A DNA stretch of 64,000 bases, from NCBI GenBank assembly GCA_964397445.1, contig CAYNHZ010000001.1:75287-139286 (forward strand), given 5' to 3'. Made by a program: the position numbers and the translations under genes. This DNA comes from an uncultured Muribaculaceae bacterium. Lineage in GTDB: Bacteria; Bacteroidota; Bacteroidia; Bacteroidales; UBA932. The notes under the pieces were generated by a model that saw only the letters and a program-made list of their open reading frames with translations, was not told where the DNA came from and made no database searches. Position 1 is the first letter of the stretch; each line of letters opens with the position of its first letter. Positions 8,846 to 16,095 of this stretch are shown piece by piece.

Positions 8846-9600
8846 TGATCACTGTAAAACACCTATATAAAGAATTTGAAGGGGTAGAGGTCCTACACGA
8901 CATCTCAATAGAGTACTTAAAAGGGGAGTGTTCTCTGATTATTGGGGCAAGCGGTTCAGGTAAAACTGTATTACTCAAGTCAATAGTTGGTCTTGTCGAA
9001 CCGGAAAAAGGGGAAATTTGGTTTGATGATATTCTCTTCAACCATTTGGATTTGAAGGAGAAAAAGAACATAAGAAGCAAAATAGGGATGCTTTTCCAAG
9101 GGAGTGCACTATTCGATTTTGCGACTGCAGAAGAGAATGTGATGTTTCCTATGGATTTCTTCACCGATATGACAAAAAGCGAAAAAAGAGATCGGGCAAA
9201 TTTCTGCCTTAAAAGGGTTAATCTTGAGAATATAAATGACAAATACCCCTCTGAACTCTCGGGGGGAATGCAGAAAAGGGTGGGAATCGCAAGGGCAATA
9301 GCACTCAATCCCCAATATCTGTTTTGCGATGAACCAAACTCAGGTTTAGATCCAGGGACATCTATTCTTATAGACCAATTGATCAAGGAGATAACCCAAG
9401 AGTACAATATTACAACGATAATAAATACCCACGATATGAATTCCGTCTTAGAAATTGGGGATAAAGTTGCATTCATTTATGAAGGGAGAAAAGAGTGGGA
9501 AGGGACAGGTAACAATATTCTTAATTCAGATTGCGAAGAGTTGAATAATTTTATTTTCGCATCTAAAATGGCAAAGAAATTAAAAACTTTGACTAAATAA
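8845..9600 (+). CDS. mlaF: MlaF-family ABC transporter ATP-binding protein
   Basis: Walker A GASGSGKT, signature LSGGMQKR, Walker B LFCDEP. Its start codon abuts the mlaE stop codon (8843-8845). Confidence 0.8.
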   Translation: MITVKHLYKEFEGVEVLHDISIEYLKGECSLIIGASGSGKTVLLKSIVGLVEPEKGEIWFDDILFNHLDLKEKKNIRSKIGMLFQGSALFDFATAEENVMFPMDFFTDMTKSEKRDRANFCLKRVNLENINDKYPSELSGGMQKRVGIARAIALNPQYLFCDEPNSGLDPGTSILIDQLIKEITQEYNITTIINTHDMNSVLEIGDKVAFIYEGRKEWEGTGNNILNSDCEELNNFIFASKMAKKLKTLTK

Positions 9601-9637
9601 ATTATTAAAAGTTAGAATAATTAAATAGGGTTAGAAA

Positions 9638-11338
9638 ATGGAAAAAATAATAATATACAGCGATAGTTTAAAGGGATTTTATGATTGTAATCCGGGAACA
9701 ACACTGTTAGAGCTCTCTCAAACAATTTTTTCTGGGTGCAAATTTCCCGTCTTAGCAGCATTGGTTGATAACGAATTAAAAGATCTTAACTTCAAGATAT
9801 ACTCCTCTCACACAATTAAATTTTTGGACTACACTCATCCTGACGGCAAGAGAACATACACTCGGTCACTCTCATTCATTCTCCAAAAAGCGGTAGTGGA
9901 TCTATTCCCAGAATATACATTATCACTTGACTATACCCTTCCAAATGGTCTTTACGGAGAACTAAGGCATAAATGCTCAAATGTCGATGTTTTGCAAAGG
10001 GGGATCAAATTATCTATGGACGATATTGTGAGGATAAAGAGAAAGATGAATGAATTAATTGTAGCTAAGATACCGATTGTGAAAAAGAAAGCTCAAAATT
10101 CAGAGGCGGTCTCCATTTTTACAAAAAACGGACAATACGACAAAGCTTCTCTTGTTCACAATATGGATAAATTTTTTGTATCTGTCTATTATATAGGTGA
10201 TTACGCAGATACATTTTATGGTCCTATGCTCACCTCGACTGAGATGATCACCCTATTTGATATCATACCATACGGAGATGGCTTCTGTCTCCAAGCCCCC
10301 TCACCATACAACCCCAATAAAATAACAGAGTACATATATCAAGATAAACTCAGCAAGGTCTTTAAAGAAAATTCCAACTGGTGTTCTATAATCGGGGCAC
10401 ACGGAATAAGCTCTGTAAATAAGGAGATTATAAATGGGCATGCTAAAGAGATGATTCAAGTTGCAGAGTCACTTCACGAGAGAAAATTTGTGTTTATAGC
10501 AGACAAAATACACGAGAGGAGAGATAAACTAAAACTCGTTTTAATATCAGGTCCATCAAGCAGTGGAAAGACCACAACCTCTAAAAGGATCGCCTTACAA
10601 TGTAAAGTGATGGGGTTAAATCCTGTGGTAATAGCTATGGACAACTATTTTGTAAATAGGGAACTCACCCCGAAAGATGAAAATGGGGATTACGATTTTG
10701 AATCGATCAATGCCCTCGATCTCCCATTTTTCAATAGCCAACTTAACGATATGTTTGAAGGGAAACAGGTTGAATTACCAAAATTTAACTTTATCGAAGG
10801 GAAGAGATATTTTGATGGGACCAAGATAAAACTCTCAGAAAGAGATATTTTGATTATGGAGGGGATACACGCCCTCAATCCACTATTAACAAACCATATC
10901 GATAACGATAGGGTATATAAAATATTTGCTTCTGCCCTCACCTCCCTCTCCATTGACGAAAACAATTATATCTCTACCACAGATAACAGATTGCTTAGGA
11001 GGATAGTACGAGACAATCTTACAAGGGGGGTAACTCCTGAAGAGACGATACTCCGTTGGCCAAGTGTGAGGAAAGGGGAAGAGAATAATATTTTTCCATT
11101 CCAAGAAAACTCCGATGTAATGTTTAACTCAGCATTACTTTTCGAGCTCCCATTGCTTAAATATTATATCGAGCCACTCCTAAGTAGGATAAATCCCCTC
11201 TCTGTGGTTTATCCTGAGCGAGTTAGACTCCTCAAATTTTTATCATATGTGACCGCTTTATCCCCCGAAGAGATTAAGTGCATTCCCCCAACATCTATTA
11301 TGAGAGAATTTATCGGAGGGAGTACTTTTAATTATTAG
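9638..11338 (+). CDS. Nucleoside (uridine/PRK-family) kinase fused to an N-terminal TGS / ThrRS-second-additional-like domain
   Basis: C-terminal half has P-loop ISGPSSSGKTTT plus uridine kinase/phosphoribulokinase-like motifs. The N-terminal ~280 aa resemble TGS and ThrRS editing-adjacent domains. Confidence 0.6.
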   Translation: MEKIIIYSDSLKGFYDCNPGTTLLELSQTIFSGCKFPVLAALVDNELKDLNFKIYSSHTIKFLDYTHPDGKRTYTRSLSFILQKAVVDLFPEYTLSLDYTLPNGLYGELRHKCSNVDVLQRGIKLSMDDIVRIKRKMNELIVAKIPIVKKKAQNSEAVSIFTKNGQYDKASLVHNMDKFFVSVYYIGDYADTFYGPMLTSTEMITLFDIIPYGDGFCLQAPSPYNPNKITEYIYQDKLSKVFKENSNWCSIIGAHGISSVNKEIINGHAKEMIQVAESLHERKFVFIADKIHERRDKLKLVLISGPSSSGKTTTSKRIALQCKVMGLNPVVIAMDNYFVNRELTPKDENGDYDFESINALDLPFFNSQLNDMFEGKQVELPKFNFIEGKRYFDGTKIKLSERDILIMEGIHALNPLLTNHIDNDRVYKIFASALTSLSIDENNYISTTDNRLLRRIVRDNLTRGVTPEETILRWPSVRKGEENNIFPFQENSDVMFNSALLFELPLLKYYIEPLLSRINPLSVVYPERVRLLKFLSYVTALSPEEIKCIPPTSIMREFIGGSTFNY

Positions 11339-11356
11339 CCCTTTATTGTAGAGATA

Positions 11357-12532
11357 TTATTTGAGCCAATGCTCTGGATTTTGCTTCTGAGTCCCTTTCC
11401 ACAACTGGAAATGTATGATTGAATTTCCATTATCCGAATCATCCACAATTCCAATAACATCCCCCGTTTTAATTTTGTCTCCACTTTTAACAACAACCTT
11501 TTTGAGTTTACAATAGAAAGTGAAATATTCTCCGTGTTGAACCAAAACACATTGATTATATCCCGGCATAATCAATATCTGTTTGACAACACCGCCAAAA
11601 ACAGACATTGCTTCGCTATTTTTATCGGTAGAAATATTAACACCATTGTTAAAAGGCATCTTTATATTTTTAAATACAGGATGGAATGATTGACCAAATT
11701 GCTCCACAACAATCCCTTTATTTACAGGCCAAGGCAACTTACCCTTATTCTCTTCAAATTTGGCTGACAATTCATAATCAATTACTGCTTTATCTCCCCC
11801 CTTTGATTGCTGCTTAACAGCCTCCGCAAGGATTCTCTCTATCTCCCGATTTAACTTCTCTACCTCTCTCCGTTTCACACTCAAATCTTTTTTCATCTCC
11901 TTCTCCTTACTTGACAGGGTTTTTATTGTAGAAGAAACCTCAGCTTCCTCTATCGAGAGGAGACGATATTCTCTCTCCTTTGCATTTTTTGCAACAAGTG
12001 CCTCATCCCTCAACTTATGTAACTTCTCTTTTTCCAATGTTATATCAGACTCAACAGATTTGATGTTCATCGTTTGAATCTTCACCGAATGTGAAAGATT
12101 GCGGAGATAAGACCACCTCCTGAGCCCTTGTCCTATATTTTCACTTGACATTATGTACATATATAATATCCTGGAATCCCTATTCTTATAGGAGTTGTAA
12201 ATGAGATTCTCATAATAAGTTTTCAGGGTATCTAATCGAGAGTTAAGTCTGATAATATCATTATTTTTAGCCTCAATATTCTTATCTATCCCAACAATCT
12301 CCCCCTCAATATTATTTATGAGTTTTTTCCTAACTTCAATTTTCTTTTTCGTTAGTGCAAGTGAGTTTAGATTCTCCCTCTTCTCATTGCGAGTAAGATT
12401 TATCTGCTTATCAATATTTGCAATCTCATCCTCAATCAACCTCTTTTTCTCCCGTTGAAGAGAGACATCCTGAGCCATAAGCGAAGAGGCAAACAGAAGA
12501 AAAATTGTAATTATTGACAAAAAATCCTTCAT
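11357..12532 (-). CDS. EnvC-like murein hydrolase activator / peptidase M23 with long coiled coil
   Basis: Signal peptide, ~250 aa of heptad-rich coiled coil, and a C-terminal LytM/M23 domain (GVNIS...HGEYFTFYCKL...GDVIG). Confidence 0.75.
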   Translation of the reverse strand: MKDFLSIITIFLLFASSLMAQDVSLQREKKRLIEDEIANIDKQINLTRNEKRENLNSLALTKKKIEVRKKLINNIEGEIVGIDKNIEAKNNDIIRLNSRLDTLKTYYENLIYNSYKNRDSRILYMYIMSSENIGQGLRRWSYLRNLSHSVKIQTMNIKSVESDITLEKEKLHKLRDEALVAKNAKEREYRLLSIEEAEVSSTIKTLSSKEKEMKKDLSVKRREVEKLNREIERILAEAVKQQSKGGDKAVIDYELSAKFEENKGKLPWPVNKGIVVEQFGQSFHPVFKNIKMPFNNGVNISTDKNSEAMSVFGGVVKQILIMPGYNQCVLVQHGEYFTFYCKLKKVVVKSGDKIKTGDVIGIVDDSDNGNSIIHFQLWKGTQKQNPEHWLK

Positions 12533-12534
12533 CT

Positions 12535-14244
12535 CTATCGGGATTTAATTTCACTTTTTCTCTTCACAATTTTCTCCCCTATTCCCAATGTGGTATCCAT
12601 CTTTGAGGCCTGCTCCCAATAGATAAATGCGAGGTCACTCTCACCAAGAGCATACAACACATCTGCATAGTGATCAAGGATTACCGCACTCTCTTTCCCA
12701 CCATAGAGCATCGCGTGTTTAAAATACCCCTTTGCATCTTCATATTCACCGGTCAAATATAATAGCCAAGCATAAGTATCTAAATAGGTTGGGTTGTCTG
12801 GCTCTGATTTGATTGTTTTCTTACTCATCTCAAGAGCTTTCTTCAAACTTTTCCCCTCATTGCTCAGAAAATAGGCATAATTATTCAACACCGGATTGTG
12901 TAATGGATTTATTTTAAGAGCTTTATCATAATAATAATAAGTCTTTTTCAGATTCCCTTTCAACTGATATAAATCTCCAAGGGCACTATAACAAGCCAAT
13001 AACATCTCACTCCCTTTAGGCAACGATTTTATAATATCATTATATGTATTAATAGCCATATCGATCTCTCCGTGCTGCCAATGGGAGATTGCAAGTATCT
13101 CCATCATAAAGGGATCTTCCGGAAAATAAACAAGGGATCTTTTAATTTGGGCTATCAACCCCTCCCAATCTTTAAAATAATATAGCAAAGAGATATACTC
13201 CATATTAACACTTCTTACATCCGGATACATCTCAAGAGCGGTTTGGTAGAAAACTTTCCCTGTATCGGGACGATTTGTTTGAATATAATACGACCCGGCA
13301 AGAAATAGTGCAGAGGTATCTTCAGGATGGGCGGAAACTATATTGTTAATCATCGTATCTATTTGTGGCTTAAATACCTGCACAAACTGTGGATTAAAAA
13401 CAACCTCCTTCATATAGTTCTCCTTCATAGTAAGATTCATATCAGAATCTGCAAGGAAAATATTTATATTCTTAAAGAAAAGATTTAGTTGTCTTGTCAT
13501 CCTATACACCTCTGCAAGACCAAAGTATGCAGGGGTATATTGAGGGTCCATCGCCAATGACTGATTGTAATATTTCAAGGCAAGGGTGTCGTTATATTTC
13601 GATTTATACAGATCCCCCAAAACAAAAGCAACTCTGGGAGAGGGGTACTCTTTTATGAAAGATTCAAGATACTCCATCGCCTCATCATACTTTCCCTGCA
13701 TAGTGAGAAGTTGGTATCTGGCATTCCCTGTTGCCTCATTTACCCCTCTGAGTTTTTCAATCCTATCAAGAGCATCCAAAGCCTTATCTATCTGATTACT
13801 ATTTGTATAAATATCTATCATCTCATAATAGACCATACTCTTAGAGGGAAAATCACTGCACAATTTTTCGAAAAGAGAGGAGGCAAGTTCTATTCTATTG
13901 GTTTTTGAATAAAATTTAGCCAAAGACATTCTATACCAGAAATTAGATGTATCAGCTTCACAAGCTGCTCTATAGTAGTGCTCTGCAAGATTATCCTCCC
14001 CTTTTTCATCATTTATCAACCCGAGATAGTAATATGAGGCATCATTAGATTTATCTGTTTTTATAGATTCGAGGAGGAGTTTTTCCCCATTCTCGATATT
14101 TCCAGAATTGTACTCCCGTATCCCCTCCAAAAAGTAGTCATAACCACTATTTACCACCTGAGCGGAGATGTAGTTATGTGTTGAAAAAGAGAATATTGAT
14201 AAAAAAAAGAGAGTCAGGAAGAATTGAATTTTATTTAATGCCAT
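12535..14244 (-). CDS. Secreted tetratricopeptide (TPR) repeat protein
   Basis: Multiple TPR-like A/Y/L periodic repeats throughout. Start moved to MALNKIQFFLTLFFLSIFSF (signal peptide), which is preceded by a -7 box. Confidence 0.7.
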   Translation of the reverse strand: MALNKIQFFLTLFFLSIFSFSTHNYISAQVVNSGYDYFLEGIREYNSGNIENGEKLLLESIKTDKSNDASYYYLGLINDEKGEDNLAEHYYRAACEADTSNFWYRMSLAKFYSKTNRIELASSLFEKLCSDFPSKSMVYYEMIDIYTNSNQIDKALDALDRIEKLRGVNEATGNARYQLLTMQGKYDEAMEYLESFIKEYPSPRVAFVLGDLYKSKYNDTLALKYYNQSLAMDPQYTPAYFGLAEVYRMTRQLNLFFKNINIFLADSDMNLTMKENYMKEVVFNPQFVQVFKPQIDTMINNIVSAHPEDTSALFLAGSYYIQTNRPDTGKVFYQTALEMYPDVRSVNMEYISLLYYFKDWEGLIAQIKRSLVYFPEDPFMMEILAISHWQHGEIDMAINTYNDIIKSLPKGSEMLLACYSALGDLYQLKGNLKKTYYYYDKALKINPLHNPVLNNYAYFLSNEGKSLKKALEMSKKTIKSEPDNPTYLDTYAWLLYLTGEYEDAKGYFKHAMLYGGKESAVILDHYADVLYALGESDLAFIYWEQASKMDTTLGIGEKIVKRKSEIKSR

Positions 14245-14267
14245 ATATTTAAAAAACTTACTTGTTA

Positions 14268-14275
14268 CAAATTTA
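14268..14275 (-). promoter_or_regulatory. -7 box (TAAATTTG on minus strand) for the TPR/M23 operon
   Basis: Exact TAnnTTTG, 24 nt upstream of ATG 14244. This supports the shortened start. Confidence 0.4.
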
Positions 14276-14340
14276 GTAATTTCTTTGTTAGGCAAATACT
14301 ATACCGCATAATATTTTTGTGATGGTGCAACAAAATGGGT

Positions 14341-14348
14341 TACTTTTG
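14341..14348 (+). promoter_or_regulatory. -7 box TACTTTTG for the ECF sigma operon
   Basis: Exact TAnnTTTG, 21 nt upstream of ATG 14369. A second match, TATTTTTG, lies at 14312-14319. Confidence 0.4.
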
Positions 14349-14368
14349 CATCTTAATCGAAATGCAAG

Positions 14369-14929
14369 ATGCCAATTGACAACTCGTGTTATACAACAGA
14401 AAAGGGACTTATTGAAGCTTGTGTAAAGCAAGACAGACTCGCTCAGAAAATGATATACGAGCAATATTCTCCTCGTATGTATTCTGTATGTGTAAGATAC
14501 GCGAAGGATAGAGATAGCGCGAAAGACATTCTGCAAGATGGTTTTATAACTGTTTTTTCAAAAATTGAGAGTTATAACGGTAATGGTTCTTTTGAAGGTT
14601 GGATGAGGAAAATATTTGTAAACACCGCCTTGATGCTCCTTCGTAAAGGGGATGTTTTGAAGGAGTGCAAAGATATTGCAGATTTGAGGGGAGACTCCCC
14701 AATTATCGATAATATCATCGAGAGGATAGATGGAAAAGAGATTTTCAAACTCATTTCAGAGATGCCTCAAGGATTTAGGACGGTATTCAATATGAGTGTA
14801 ATAGATGGTTATTCTCACCAGGAGATTTCAAAGGCTTTGAATATTTCCGAAGGGGCATCAAGATCACAGCTAAGCAGAGGGAGATTGTGGCTTCAAGAGA
14901 GAATTTTAAATATGGATAAAAAAAGGTAA
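14369..14929 (+). CDS. ECF (group IV) RNA polymerase sigma-70 factor
   Basis: 186 aa. Region 2 (YSVCVRYAKDRDSAKDILQDGF) and region 4 HTH (GYSHQEISKALNISEGASRSQLSRGR). Confidence 0.85.
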   Translation: MPIDNSCYTTEKGLIEACVKQDRLAQKMIYEQYSPRMYSVCVRYAKDRDSAKDILQDGFITVFSKIESYNGNGSFEGWMRKIFVNTALMLLRKGDVLKECKDIADLRGDSPIIDNIIERIDGKEIFKLISEMPQGFRTVFNMSVIDGYSHQEISKALNISEGASRSQLSRGRLWLQERILNMDKKR

Positions 14930-16095
14930 TGGATTATAAGGAGTTTGATGATAAGATTAAGTCCCTGATGGAAAATCATAGCGAAAGTGTAGATGAGGGG
15001 ATTTGGAGTGTCATAGACAAGAGGCTTACCTATCGAAAAAGGGTAGTGTTTATTAAAAAAGCCGGATTGTTTGCGACTGCTGCTGCGATTATTGGTGGAA
15101 TATTTTTATTTATTAACCCTCAAACCGATACCTCAGTCACAAATCAAACCAAATCGATTGCAATAGTCGAGAGCCCAATTGTTATCATCGAGGCAGATTC
15201 TGTCAAGCCCGATGTAAATAACAACGCCATCGCACATATTGAGAGTAAAGAGGTCGCCCATATTTCGTCTGAGGTGGTTTCTACTCCGACAGTGATTGAA
15301 AATGATATCGTTGTGGAGAAAGCAGAGATTTCTGAAAAGGCTGATACTGTTTTCACTCCTCAAACAGAGGCTCCTGTAAAAAAATATAAAACAATTTCCG
15401 AACAATTGGCAGCAAATGAATATCTTGCCAATAATCTCAATAGTGACAACAAAGAGAAGGGGACTAAAATAGAATTGTCTGCAAAGACAAATATGTACAC
15501 CATAAATTCAAGTGGAAATATTGATTTTACAACTCCATCTTTCGCATTAGGAACGGGGCAAAACTCCAATTACGGCATTACCCCTATCTCAACCCCAAAA
15601 CATTTCTTCCCTGTATCTGCAGGACTTCAAGTTCAACTCTCTTTCTTTAAAGGGAAAATGGCACTCGGCGCCGGGGTGAATTATACATACTTATACAGCA
15701 CTTACGAGGCTCTTGTAGATAAAGCTTTCCAAGGAAATGTGGAACAAGAGTTACATTACATAGGAGTTCCTATCGATTTGTATTACAATATTATTAGCAC
15801 TGATAATCTTATTTTCTATGCAAACATCGGAGGGGCAATCGAGAAAGGGTTACAAGCCGGTTATAAAGTGGTTAATCTCTCGAATAACAATAGTTTAAGA
15901 AAAGAGTCCATAAATGGGGTGCAACTATCTGCAAATGTAGGTATCGGTTTTGAGTACCGTTTTATCAAATCAATGGGGGTTTTTATTGACCCTAAATTGA
16001 CATACTTTTTTGATTGCGAACAGCCCTACAGCATCCGCTCAGAACAGCCTCTACAGTTTAATCTTGAATTGGGCTTTAGATTTCACCTAAAGTAA
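14929..16095 (+). CDS. Anti-sigma-like single-pass N-terminus fused to a C-terminal outer-membrane beta-barrel-like domain
   Basis: The start codon overlaps the sigma gene stop by 1 nt (TAATG). Short cytoplasmic segment, one TM helix (GLFATAAAIIGGIFLFI), an acidic/Val-rich linker, then ~170 aa of alternating beta-strand pattern ending ...NLELGFRFHL. Confidence 0.5.
   Translation: MDYKEFDDKIKSLMENHSESVDEGIWSVIDKRLTYRKRVVFIKKAGLFATAAAIIGGIFLFINPQTDTSVTNQTKSIAIVESPIVIIEADSVKPDVNNNAIAHIESKEVAHISSEVVSTPTVIENDIVVEKAEISEKADTVFTPQTEAPVKKYKTISEQLAANEYLANNLNSDNKEKGTKIELSAKTNMYTINSSGNIDFTTPSFALGTGQNSNYGITPISTPKHFFPVSAGLQVQLSFFKGKMALGAGVNYTYLYSTYEALVDKAFQGNVEQELHYIGVPIDLYYNIISTDNLIFYANIGGAIEKGLQAGYKVVNLSNNNSLRKESINGVQLSANVGIGFEYRFIKSMGVFIDPKLTYFFDCEQPYSIRSEQPLQFNLELGFRFHLK

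Noticed and set aside
8835-9476. A 213-aa minus-strand ORF antisense to mlaF
   Set aside because: It fully overlaps a canonical ABC ATPase gene with all Walker and signature motifs. The antisense translation has no family resemblance. It is a shadow ORF.
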